Positions 26,709 through 36,800 of a stretch of 64,000 bases of DNA are shown here, piece by piece. The stretch covers positions 6,249 to 70,248 of IMG/VR virus record IMGVR_UViG_3300021408_000002; one strand, 5' to 3'. The position numbers and the translations under genes are program-made. The notes under the pieces were generated by a model, which saw nothing but the letters and a program-made list of their open reading frames with translations, was not told the origin of the DNA and did no database searches. Numbering within the stretch: position 1 is the first letter of the stretch; each line of letters begins with the position of its first letter. Source of the DNA: a virus (Duplodnaviria; Caudoviricetes).

Positions 26709-27092
26709 TCACCCGCAGACTTCGTCGACATCCACCTCGGGCTTCTCGCGATCCAGAACTGCCGTGATTGTGTCGACGATCTCCTGGTCGAACTGGAACT
26801 CGGCCGACAGAGCGAACCATAAGGCGCGGTCACCAAGGTCGTCGGCGACGTCGGCCTCACAAATGTTGCGTTTGAGTTCATCGACGTCACGCTCACGAAG
26901 GTAGAACGCCGCGGTCAGCCCGACGCCGAAGATGGCGAGCGTGACGGTCATCCATCGGGTTGCATTGGAGAATCGGCGGGTGACCTGTGAGAACGTGTCG
27001 GAGTCGACGTAGGAGTCCCTGGTCGTCGTCTCCACTCCGCCTTCGGACGACTTGGACTCGTGGCTGCCGCTTCGCCGGCGGACTAATTTCAT
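26709..27092 (-). CDS. Single-TM membrane protein
   Basis: AGGAG RBS; WMTVTLAIFGVGLTAAFYL. Confidence 0.65.
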   Translation of the reverse strand: MKLVRRRSGSHESKSSEGGVETTTRDSYVDSDTFSQVTRRFSNATRWMTVTLAIFGVGLTAAFYLRERDVDELKRNICEADVADDLGDRALWFALSAEFQFDQEIVDTITAVLDREKPEVDVDEVCG

Positions 27093-27360
27093 CGTCGGGC
27101 TCCTGTTCCGACCGCCGTTCCTCTTTCAGGTCTGCCCACTTCAACCCGGCGTGTGAACCGGTGCCGATAGCGGCGAGCGTCGTCATTGCCATGATGTCGG
27201 ACGACATGACTTCGTTGCCCTGCACGAGACGCAGTGCGACGAGGGCGGGGATCATCGCGAAGCAGAGAGCTTGCGCCCATTGGATCATCTTCCGGGGGGT
27301 GAGGAACGGGTCTCGACGGACGGGTGTCTGTCCTCCATCGACAGCGCGGCGCTGATTCAC
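26893..27360 (-). CDS. Two-TM membrane protein (3' end overlaps next gene by about 200 nt)
   Basis: AGGAAGGAG RBS; two hydrophobic segments. Confidence 0.6.
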   Translation of the reverse strand: MNQRRAVDGGQTPVRRDPFLTPRKMIQWAQALCFAMIPALVALRLVQGNEVMSSDIMAMTTLAAIGTGSHAGLKWADLKEERRSEQEPDDEISPPAKRQPRVQVVRRRSGDDDQGLLRRLRHVLTGHPPILQCNPMDDRHARHLRRRADRGVLPS

Positions 27361-27447
27361 GTGCCGTCTCCTTCCTGTGCTGCGCCGCTTGCCTGTTCAT
27401 CATTCATCGCCTGACGCGCCTCTCAGCGCCATGTCACTTCCGCCGGT

Positions 27448-28302
27448 TCAGTTCGTTGGCTGGCCGAGATGCTGCGCGATCCGTTTGATCGTGCGGGCAA
27501 TCGACCCGGCGCCATCGACGATGATGCCGGGCGCTCCGTCCCACAACACGCCCATGATGGTGTGGGTCTGGTTGATCTTCGACGCCATCGACGAGCCGCC
27601 GTCGGTGGCGTCACGTACGAGCAGCGCGTCGTGGACGGCTCGCAGCATGTCGTGTTCTTCTTTCGTCATGTCGTCATCTCCTGGTGTTGGTTCCGGGACG
27701 CTGAACCCGAATCGGGCGAGGTCCTCGATTTCGATGCCGACGGCGTGGAGGACGTCGACGGTGCGCTGCGTGAGGGCATTACTGTTGTGCCAGTGCCAGT
27801 GCCACGGTTCGGAGCGAATGTCGAGAGCCCAGCCGAATGAGGTGGCGTTGTCTTTCAACCACTGGAGGTCTTCGGTGTTGATCGACTCGCCGATGTCGTC
27901 GCCGGTGTCGTCCTCGGAGATGTCATCGGCTATGCCGAGCCCGTGGTTCGAGGTGCCGGGCACCGCGGCCATCGCGCCACGCTGGTTGTACCAGCGGACC
28001 CCGTTCCAGGTCTTCGAGCCACGGGTCGTGACCGGTGACGGCGCGTACCGCTCGCGGAACAGCGCTTCCTGCCGGGCGTAGGTCCGATATCGGCCCGTCG
28101 TCTTCAGCCAGACGCCGTCGGCGATCCCGGCGATGTGCATCGCTGCCATCGCGTACGACACAGGGATGAACATCTTGTAGTCGACACGGGTGGTGCCGTC
28201 GAACGAACGTAGCCAGTCGGCCGGAAGGTTGCCGTTCGCCGCACCGCGTAGAGCGGTCGGCACTGTGACATCGGTTTCCGGAATCGTGTCGACTAGTGCC
28301 AC
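27448..28302 (-). CDS. Endolysin, peptidase M15 (VanY/LAS Zn peptidase)
   Basis: GRYRTYARQEAL; AAVPGTSNHGLGIADD; EPWHW; TACGAT-N6-GTG. Confidence 0.88.
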   Translation of the reverse strand: MALVDTIPETDVTVPTALRGAANGNLPADWLRSFDGTTRVDYKMFIPVSYAMAAMHIAGIADGVWLKTTGRYRTYARQEALFRERYAPSPVTTRGSKTWNGVRWYNQRGAMAAVPGTSNHGLGIADDISEDDTGDDIGESINTEDLQWLKDNATSFGWALDIRSEPWHWHWHNSNALTQRTVDVLHAVGIEIEDLARFGFSVPEPTPGDDDMTKEEHDMLRAVHDALLVRDATDGGSSMASKINQTHTIMGVLWDGAPGIIVDGAGSIARTIKRIAQHLGQPTN

Positions 28303-28342
28303 GGCGTCATCGTAGTGCGCCGATGTGTGTGGCTGGCGGAGG

Positions 28343-28921
28343 CTAGGCGCGGGGGTATTTGCCGAAGATGTCGACGCGGTCTCCGACGTTCCATGCCCAC
28401 GGGGTAGTCGCGTCGACGTCGGCATGGGAGGCGTAGGTGCCCGAGGTGACACCAGGCAGGAGGCGAATGAGATTCGACGATGTGATTTGGGCGTCGCCTG
28501 AAAGGGCGGTGGTCGGACTGGCCCGGAGTAGGAAGATCCGGATGCTTGGGATCGACGGGGCGTTCTGATGGTCGGCTTTGCAAGGCACTGGAATGGTGAC
28601 GGTGGGAATGACTCCCGCCGCTCCCAAGCTGAATCCCGCTCCGAAAATCAGGGTGGCGCGGAATGTGACGAGGTCTCCGGTGTCGAGACCATCCTCCCAG
28701 TACCGGCCGATGACCGTCCCAGCACCGAGAGACCAGCCGACTCCGCCGAGCGCTGGGTTGTAGGTTTGTTCGTCGCCGCGGGTTTCGAGATCGGTGAGTC
28801 GATCCTCGATGCTGGTTGCGACCTCCAAGACGTAGGGATTGACGCCGGAGCCATTGCCGGTGATCGATAGCGACGAGGATTCAATCGCACAATTACACTG
28901 GGCCGTGGAGCAGAGCGCCAT
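28343..28921 (-). CDS. Minor tail protein
   Basis: Position; N-terminus shared with 28921..29556. Confidence 0.65.
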   Translation of the reverse strand: MALCSTAQCNCAIESSSLSITGNGSGVNPYVLEVATSIEDRLTDLETRGDEQTYNPALGGVGWSLGAGTVIGRYWEDGLDTGDLVTFRATLIFGAGFSLGAAGVIPTVTIPVPCKADHQNAPSIPSIRIFLLRASPTTALSGDAQITSSNLIRLLPGVTSGTYASHADVDATTPWAWNVGDRVDIFGKYPRA

Positions 28922-29556
28922 CAGTTTTCCTCCCAGGTGATGTCGAACTGTGCGTTCGATGCGGTGTCGAATCGCAACGCCCCAGTCCCGCTCGAACGCG
29001 ACGCCGCGATGGTGGGAGTGAGGGTGGCGCCGGGGGTGAGGCCGGTCCACCGTCCGAGCATCGCCATGTTCTCACGGGTGAGAAGGGCCGTCGGTTGGAA
29101 GTACTCGAACGCTCCTGTGGTTGCGCCCACCCCACTCAATCGTGCCGCGAGGAAGAAGGTCGAGAGCCCGGTGATGATGTGGGCGCCGGCGGTGCCGATG
29201 CTCCCCCGCGCCACAGTCGCCCACGGCGGCACCGTCACTGTCGGGAACGTCAGCCAGGTGCCGAGCGTCCCGCTCGAATAGTCGGTGTTGGCGAGCGGGG
29301 TGAGGCCGCGGAAGGCGTAGGGCGCCGGATCGCGGATGATCCGCCACGCCGACCCATCCCAATAGTAGATCCGGTCCGTGTCGGTCTCCAGGATCTGCTG
29401 GCTCAGGAACGGTGAGCCCGGCCGCGTCACCGAGGTGACGATCGTCAGGCCCGTCGACTCCAGATCATATGGAGTGCCTGGTGACCCGTTGCCGGTGATC
29501 TGAAGGGAACTCGATTGTATGGCACAGTTGCATATACCCGGCGAGCACAGACCCAT
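28921..29556 (-). CDS. Minor tail protein
   Basis: RPGSPFLSQQILETDTDRIYYWDGSAW linker typical of tail fibre proteins. Confidence 0.7.
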   Translation of the reverse strand: MGLCSPGICNCAIQSSSLQITGNGSPGTPYDLESTGLTIVTSVTRPGSPFLSQQILETDTDRIYYWDGSAWRIIRDPAPYAFRGLTPLANTDYSSGTLGTWLTFPTVTVPPWATVARGSIGTAGAHIITGLSTFFLAARLSGVGATTGAFEYFQPTALLTRENMAMLGRWTGLTPGATLTPTIAASRSSGTGALRFDTASNAQFDITWEEN

Positions 29557-29580
29557 CGGCTCATTCTTCCACAGTCGCCA

Positions 29581-30060
29581 TCAAAACGGCATCAAGCGCA
29601 GCCCGGGATAGATCCAGGCTGTACTCAGAGTTGTCGAGCCCCAGGCCCGCATAGTGACGGTGACGGCCTCATCCACAGAGAACTCGCCCATCATGGGAAT
29701 CGGCAACGATACGAATCCGGTGCCTGGAACGCTCACCCCCACCGACAGACCGGGGCCGAGTAGGCCGGTCAGGTCCGCTCCGGTTTGGTTGCTGGTCAAG
29801 ACGAGGTCGGTCGAGAAGGTGTGGGGGGCCACCAGCGTCGCCGACGCGTAGACGACGGAGTCGACTGCCCAGCGGCCCGACGAGATCTCAGTCGAGATGA
29901 GGGCGGTGGGGACCGACACGCCGAGGGGTACCACGTCGGTGCGTACGAATCTCATCGCCCCCGAGTAGGCGCGTTGGCTGAGGTTGCGTGCCTTGGCGTT
30001 GAGGGCTTGGACCTGCTGGATGTGGGCCCGTCCCGGCTCACGAAGATTGCGATCGCTCAC
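29581..30060 (-). CDS. Minor tail protein
   Basis: Position; short coiled coil plus beta domain. Confidence 0.55.
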   Translation of the reverse strand: MSDRNLREPGRAHIQQVQALNAKARNLSQRAYSGAMRFVRTDVVPLGVSVPTALISTEISSGRWAVDSVVYASATLVAPHTFSTDLVLTSNQTGADLTGLLGPGLSVGVSVPGTGFVSLPIPMMGEFSVDEAVTVTMRAWGSTTLSTAWIYPGLRLMPF

Positions 30061-30061
30061 A

Positions 30062-31930
30062 TCAGGCTCCTTCCGCCCAGCCGATTGGGTAGAGGGTCGG
30101 CACGATCGACTCTTCGAGGCCGTTGTCGCTGGCGGTGACGGACACCTCGACTCGCTTCAGTCTCCCGGCCTGGAGGAGCTGGCGGTAGCCGGAGTCGTGG
30201 ACGTCGAGACGCCAGATGGAGCCGGGCCACAGGTTGTTGATGTCGACCGGCGCGCTCTCCGACAGGACGCCGCCGGCGATGACGGCCGGAGGCTTGCGGC
30301 GCAGGGCGAGAACTGTGTCGGCGCGGCGTTGGAGAACGGAGTCCGGCAGGTCGATTTCTTCGCCGCCGGGCTGGACGAATGGGTCGGTGTCGACGTAGAA
30401 CAGCACGCCGACCTCTGCTTGTGAGGGGACGTCTTCGGCCACTTTGAAGCGGCGGAATCCTTCTTCACCGCTGTCGGCGCTCGTCGAGATCACGAAGTTC
30501 GTTTGGAAGTCACCCGAGATCCCCCACTTCGGTCGCGTAGTAAACGCTGCGTTGGTGAAGGTGCCGAACTCCATGTCGTGTACCGAGTTGTAGGGGCCGG
30601 GAAGAACCCGAGTAACGCCGTCTTCGATATCGACGAACATCCAGCCGCGCCGCGGATCCCACACATAGAGGGTGTCGAGCGCCATGAATGCGTCAACGCT
30701 AGAACCCATCAGTTCCTCGAGTAGAGGCCAGGCGTATGAGCCTTGACGTGGCCGCAGGGTGCGGTCGGTGAACACGCCGACGTCGACGTCGGGAGCGACC
30801 AGGCGGTACGGATCGGACGGTGATGCGGAGTGGAGGTTGACGATCCTGGCGAAGAGATCTCCTGCGTCGATCGACGTGTAGATGACTGGGTCGTCGTCGT
30901 AGATCGCTGGGCGTTTCGTGGTGCGGGCCAGAACGTCCGACGCTCCCAGAACAAGGTCGGATTCTCCGCGGGTCATCGACGTAATCGGACCAGACCACAC
31001 GCGTTGGTCATTGCGTTCGATGAGGAGGCCGAACTTCCAGGTTTCGATGCCACCGAATTTCTCGACGCAGTACGCACCGCCGAGATGATCCGGGAGGCGT
31101 GCCCCGGCGGTGCTGATTTCGTCGAGTGAACGACTCCAGTTCAGGCTTGACCAGCCGACCTTGTCGAGGGTATTGCGGTAGCTGGCGTCGGTGATCCACA
31201 CGTTGTAGGAGTCGGGGCAGCCGAGACGTAGGCGGCGCGGATTCGCGAAGGTGGGGGTGGATTCCGGTGCGGGGATCAACGTCGCGGACAGCACGACTCC
31301 CGCGGTGTTCGCGGCGGGGGTGTCCACCAAGACGTTTCCCGCCGCGGTGTCGGTGTTCGCTTCCTGTGACAGTGCGGCCCCGGCGATAGAGCCCTGGAGG
31401 ATCGGGAGGACGACCAGGCGATCGAGGTTCCAGCCTCCCGTCGGGCTGATCTGACTGATGACGCCGCTATTGCACAAGATGTACAGGTAATGCATCACCA
31501 GTCGGTCATCGCCCAGGACATCCATCGGCTGCAATGCCCACTCGTTCACCGATACACCCAGAAGGACATCGAAGTCCTCCCAGTACGGATCAGATTCGGT
31601 AACGCCGCGCACCACGATCGACTGCGCCCACCATCCAATCTCGGTGGGTGTGTCTCCGTCTCGAACGAGGGTGATGTTCTGGGTGGTGCCGTCCGGAATC
31701 CGACCGGTCAGGAAGGTGTTCCATCCGCCGGTGCCGGTCTGAGTCCACAGTGTTGTCCAGCCGTCGGGGACGACGATTTCGCCGAGGTTGTTGGCGAGCA
31801 GTGTGAACCCGGCGGTTTTGATGAATGCCACGTCACCGGGGGCGGCGGCCTCCAGCGGAATAGTCATCACGCGGGACGACAGAGATTCGTCGAATACCCA
31901 TGCCGATGTCGAGACGACGCGGATCGCCAT
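30062..31930 (-). CDS. Minor tail (baseplate hub/Tal-like) protein with extra N-terminal domain
   Basis: LNWSRSLDEISTA...LLIERNDQRVWSGPI...DINNLWPG motifs typical of actinophage hub proteins. Confidence 0.7.
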   Translation of the reverse strand: MAIRVVSTSAWVFDESLSSRVMTIPLEAAAPGDVAFIKTAGFTLLANNLGEIVVPDGWTTLWTQTGTGGWNTFLTGRIPDGTTQNITLVRDGDTPTEIGWWAQSIVVRGVTESDPYWEDFDVLLGVSVNEWALQPMDVLGDDRLVMHYLYILCNSGVISQISPTGGWNLDRLVVLPILQGSIAGAALSQEANTDTAAGNVLVDTPAANTAGVVLSATLIPAPESTPTFANPRRLRLGCPDSYNVWITDASYRNTLDKVGWSSLNWSRSLDEISTAGARLPDHLGGAYCVEKFGGIETWKFGLLIERNDQRVWSGPITSMTRGESDLVLGASDVLARTTKRPAIYDDDPVIYTSIDAGDLFARIVNLHSASPSDPYRLVAPDVDVGVFTDRTLRPRQGSYAWPLLEELMGSSVDAFMALDTLYVWDPRRGWMFVDIEDGVTRVLPGPYNSVHDMEFGTFTNAAFTTRPKWGISGDFQTNFVISTSADSGEEGFRRFKVAEDVPSQAEVGVLFYVDTDPFVQPGGEEIDLPDSVLQRRADTVLALRRKPPAVIAGGVLSESAPVDINNLWPGSIWRLDVHDSGYRQLLQAGRLKRVEVSVTASDNGLEESIVPTLYPIGWAEGA

Positions 31931-33852
31931 CAGCCTCCGCCGCCCACGCGCTCTTGGAGCCGCAGCGACACCTCGGGGTAGTGGGGGTCGTCGAACTCGA
32001 TGCCGTTCCAGGTGAACTGGCCGAGCGTCCATTCGCCGCATAGCGATCCTGGTTCGAGCACGAGATGGAAATGTCCGCAGCCCAACGTGAAGTCGCGGGG
32101 GATCGGAGGGTCGTTCTCGTCGAGATAGGCGTAGGTTTCGGTGAGGACGCCGGTGGTGACGTCCCGGTAGAGAACCGTTCTGCCGGCGACATCCCAGACC
32201 ATCGACGACCATGGTGGTAGCGGACGGACATAAATCTCGCCGAGAATCGCAAGGCCGCACGGGTTCGGGGAGTGGCCGATCTCGAGCGGATCGGCGTAGA
32301 CGATGACCCGCATCGGGATGGTGGCTTCGTCGTGGTCGTTGATCATCGTGACGATCGGAGCCATCGCCCCCATCGGATCGGCTTCGAACGACAGGATGGT
32401 GCGGCACGTGTCTTCCAGTTCAACGCAGCCGGGACGGCATGGGATGCGTGTCCCGTTGATCGTGACGTTGTCGAAGCAGTCGGGTAGATCGGCGATCTGG
32501 TCGTCGGGGGCCGCCGGAACATTGGTGTCCGGAAGGTAGATAGCGGGGTCTCCAACTGTCAGGGTGACTGACGCGGCGCGCAGGAAACAGGAGCCGCGGG
32601 GCACGAGGTCGGCGAGCCATTCGAGTCCCGTGGTGACGCCGACACGGCGCATCTCGCCGAGACCTTTGCGAGGATTCGCGATGGAGCCGCAAGTCCGCCG
32701 GATCAGGATCGATTCGTCGGCGCACCCACCACACACTCCGGTGAGGGTCGCACCCAACCAGTCGAAGAGGTAGATCATGGATTCTTCGGAACGGGCGAAC
32801 AGGATGAAGTTCAGCTTCATGACGCGCCCGTCGGCGGAGCTGCGGCCGAGTCGCACGCCGCCGCCGTAGTTGCCGACGTTCGACGACGGACGGGAGACGT
32901 GGCCTTCGCCGAGCCCGGTCCATTCCGTGATGAAGAATCCGAGGGCGTCCGCGGACTCCGGATAGTTGGCGTTGTACCACGGGGCCGGATCGGTCGCGGG
33001 GGTGTCGAAGGCCAGTTCGACGCCTTCGCCGCAGAACGAGATCGTTGGCACTTCCGGAACCGTCATTGTGTCGGGACTACCGGAGCGGACGATGGTCACG
33101 GTCCCGCCGACGGTTGCCTGGAAAGCTGAGGCGGTGTCGGGCGGAAAGTCGCCGGAGGTAATCAGGTAGGTGACTTCCCCGTCGACGATCTCTTTGACAT
33201 GGTAGATCTGGCCGTCGGCGAGCGCATTGATGATCGGGTTCTCGGAGCCAGCCGTCCCCGGGGTCGTTCCGGCGTTCGATCCGACTTGTGGAGTGCCGAG
33301 CGGTATCCACGTGACGTTCTCGTCGTAGTTGACGTCGTCGAAGCTATACCAGTATTCGCACAGCGCGGTGGCGATCGTGACCTTCGCGCGACGCCACACC
33401 TTGATGCCGGTGGTCAGACCGGGGATGCCAACCGACGATGGGGCGACGCCGATGGGGGCGGCGAGCGTGTTATTGATCGAGATGATCATCTGGGTGCCGA
33501 ACTGGTATGAGGCCGCAGTGCCACCGGTCCCCCATCCGACGATCGCGGCCAATGCCGGAATCGCATCGAACTCGACGCGGTCGATGACTTCGAATGTGTC
33601 GTTGACCTGAACCGCCGCCCGAGCGCCCGACAGGTAGTTCCCGGAGTCACCGGGCGTGTCCGCGTAGCCGGGCTCGGCGTCGTACGGATACCACGCGTAT
33701 GTTTCGCAGGCGTCGTCGAGGACTTCACACGGCGAAATTCCGTCGACGGCGAGGTCGGGGTCGGACAGGTAGGCCCCGGTGCGGGCCCAGTTGATCACCT
33801 CTTGGATGCGGTCCTCGCTCTGGATGAGGAGGTACTGATGATGGACACCCAC
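31930..33852 (-). CDS. Distal tail (Dit-like) protein with inserted carbohydrate-binding-like domain
   Basis: Follows TMP; PAPWY....PES..ALGF..; C-terminal Dit-like region. Confidence 0.65.
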   Translation of the reverse strand: MGVHHQYLLIQSEDRIQEVINWARTGAYLSDPDLAVDGISPCEVLDDACETYAWYPYDAEPGYADTPGDSGNYLSGARAAVQVNDTFEVIDRVEFDAIPALAAIVGWGTGGTAASYQFGTQMIISINNTLAAPIGVAPSSVGIPGLTTGIKVWRRAKVTIATALCEYWYSFDDVNYDENVTWIPLGTPQVGSNAGTTPGTAGSENPIINALADGQIYHVKEIVDGEVTYLITSGDFPPDTASAFQATVGGTVTIVRSGSPDTMTVPEVPTISFCGEGVELAFDTPATDPAPWYNANYPESADALGFFITEWTGLGEGHVSRPSSNVGNYGGGVRLGRSSADGRVMKLNFILFARSEESMIYLFDWLGATLTGVCGGCADESILIRRTCGSIANPRKGLGEMRRVGVTTGLEWLADLVPRGSCFLRAASVTLTVGDPAIYLPDTNVPAAPDDQIADLPDCFDNVTINGTRIPCRPGCVELEDTCRTILSFEADPMGAMAPIVTMINDHDEATIPMRVIVYADPLEIGHSPNPCGLAILGEIYVRPLPPWSSMVWDVAGRTVLYRDVTTGVLTETYAYLDENDPPIPRDFTLGCGHFHLVLEPGSLCGEWTLGQFTWNGIEFDDPHYPEVSLRLQERVGGGG

Positions 33853-33865
33853 TGTGCGATCCTAA

Positions 33866-36800
33866 CTATCCACCGAGGGTCTCGAAGGCGACGCGGTTCA
33901 ACACGGCCAACCCGACAGCCTCGGGATCACCGTACGGGAGCACGAGGTTGAGGTTCTCGATGGTGGGACGCTGGATCTGTTCGTTGGTGCCCGGCAGCGC
34001 CGCGGCGGCTCCGGCGGCGGCGGCTTCGAAGTCTCGGATCTGCTGGATGAACGCGGCGAGAGCGGTATCGGAGAGTCCGACCTGTTCGACGAGTGCCGCG
34101 ATTTGTGTGGCGTTGAACCCGAAGGCTGTTGCCTGGGCGACGAGCTGGTTGCGGAGGTTCCGGATGTTCGCTACGACCTCGTCGGCGCCTTGACCGGCGG
34201 AAAGCATCTGGGTGCCGAACTCGCGGATCGATTCGAGCTGCTCCAAGATCAGGGCGTTGTTGGCGAGTCCCTCCGTCGAGAAATCGAGGGCTGTCAACCC
34301 TCGACGCCATTCCTCGAGCGCCGCGGTCGACAGGCCGTAGGCGGCGATGACTTCGTCGACTTGGGCGACATTGAAGCCAAGGCTGGCCGCCTGATTACGT
34401 AGCGCGTTGACGTAGGCCGTGATGGTGTCGGTAACTCCGCCGGCGCTCACTCCTGCTTCGAGCGCGGCACGACCCCATTCGGTGATGCTCGCGATGGCGG
34501 ACGCGAGGGCTTCGCGGTTCGCCGAGCCGGCGAAAGTGCCCTGGGCGAGTCCGGCGGGTCCGGTGGCGAGAATGTTCTGCTGGCGTATCGACAGCGGCTG
34601 TGCGACACCTTCGTTGTTTGTGCCTGCGTTCAGATGCCAGGCGTCGTTCCATTCCTGAGCGATGGACTGGAATGCCTCCTGGAACTGGAGAATGGCTAGG
34701 CCGAGGCCGACCTGCGCCTTCTCGGCATCGCCGGCGGTGAGAGAACCCAGAGAACTGACAGCGGTGGAACGGAACGAGCCGGTCAGCGCTCCGGATTGCT
34801 GGAGCGCCTGGATGGCCTGCAATGTGATCGCGGACTGCGATGCCCCTCCAGGGATCAGTGAGGGGGCGAGCGCACTAAAGATGGCTTCGCCGACCTGTGC
34901 TTTACGCATCGCGTCGCCGGCGCGTTCGGTGCCCTTCGCTATGGCGTTCGAGATGGCGTCGCCCATCGCCTGGGCCATATCTCCTTCGGCGTCCTGGATG
35001 CCTGCCACGAAGCCTTGGCCGATTTGGGTGCCGATGTCGAAGAACACCTGCGACGGGGACTTGATCTTCAGTTTCGCTCGAGCTGCCGCAGCGACGATCG
35101 CAGCAACGTTCGCAGCGGCATTCGCTGCCTGGCTGGCCTGCGACGAGATGCCTTGGGCCATGGCGTTCGTCAGGTTCGCACCGGCGGCATGCATCGCCAC
35201 GCTGTACACCCTGACCGCGCTGACGGATGCAGCGGCGGCCCGGGCGCCCGCTGAGGCGGCGCCACTGGCCCCGCCTTCAATGCCGCTCGTGATGGCAGTC
35301 CCCAGGGCCGAGGCGGCACGAGCAGCCTGGACGACGCCGGCGGTCAGGGTGGCGACGATCTTCGAGGTCACGTTGCGGGCCTCGGCGACACCGCTGTCGT
35401 CGACGGTGACGCCGACGGAACTCGGCGACTTCGCGCGGGTCTTCGTGGTGCTGGCGCCACTCACACTTGCGGTGATGGCGTTCGCGACCGCCTTCGATGA
35501 GGTGATGCCTTCGGCAATGGTCCCTGCGATCTTCGTGCCGATTTCACGGGCCTGCGGATAGGTCCCCCCGCCCGCTCCAGCGACAGCCCCGGCGAGGACG
35601 TCGTCCGCGGCTTGGACGCCGATCGCGTTGAACTTACCCTTACCTTCTGTACCTGCTGCGCCCAATTCGGCTGCGACAGCGAGCATCACCGCCGACGCCT
35701 TCTCCTTGACGAGGGCTCTGGCCTCCGGGGTATCGAGGGCGTTGACGGCTTCGAGCATGAGGAGTTCAGCTTCGGGGGTGAGGTCGGCATCGATGATCTG
35801 CTGGCGCAGCCCGTTGAGGAATGTGTCCATTTCGCCGCCGTTCGTGACGAGACCTTCGTCGACGGCCTGGCCGAACAGGTCGGCGATGCTGTCGCGGAAC
35901 GGTCCGACAGCCTGACGGATCGCGGCGGCCTGATCTTCAGGGGCAACACCTTCGAGGGCGTTGAGGATCTGTTCGTTGACGTTGGGCAGGCCGAGAGCGA
36001 ATTCGTCGGCGAGCGCCTGGAAAGATCCGCCGTAGCTGTCGATGTTGAGAAGATCCTCGAGCGCGGCCTGTGCGTCGTTGGCGGCGTCCTTCAAGTCTTT
36101 GAGGGGTGTCACCACATCGCCGACTGCGCCCTTGATGCGCGTCACGTCGGTGTCGTTCAACTTCTTCACGTCGGTGGAGGCCAGGTCGGCGTCCAGCCCG
36201 ATCTGCGCGAGTGCCTTCGCGACGACTTCTGATTGGCCGGCGAGCACGCCGTGGATGTTGACGAGGTCGCCTTCGGTGATGCCGAGTTCTCCGAGGATGT
36301 TGTTGCCGCTAGTGAGGAGATCGATCTGGCCTTGGGTGATCCCGAGGTCGATGATGTCCTGGCCGGACAAGTCGGCGACCTGGTCGAGGGTGAGGCCGAG
36401 GTCGTCGACGAGCGCGATGAAGTCCTCGAAGACGGCTCCGGTCAACCCGACGTCGTCGAGCGCGGCGGCTTCGTCGGCGAGCCCTTGGAGGAACCGGGTG
36501 GCTTCGTCGGCGGGAGTGGAGATTCCTTCGGTGAGGCGATCACCGAACGCGACGAAGTCGAAGTCGGCCATGTTCACGAGGGCGTCACCCCATGCGGCAA
36601 ACGCGTCGGGTCCGGCCTCGCTGAGACTGTTGAGGATGAGGTCGGAGATGCCTTGACCGATTTCGATGCCGCTGAGGTCACGTAGCGCGTCGACGTAGGT
36701 CGATACTTTCTCGGCGGCCTGCTCGGCTTCCCGTGCCTGCGATCCGAACAGTGCGCCAAGACCCGCCACCGCAGTGCCGAGGACCGCGCCGATCGCCGTG

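Noticed and set aside
29071-33852. Diversity-generating retroelement acting on tail genes
   Set aside because: No reverse transcriptase and no template/variable repeat pair with adenine-specific mismatches seen.
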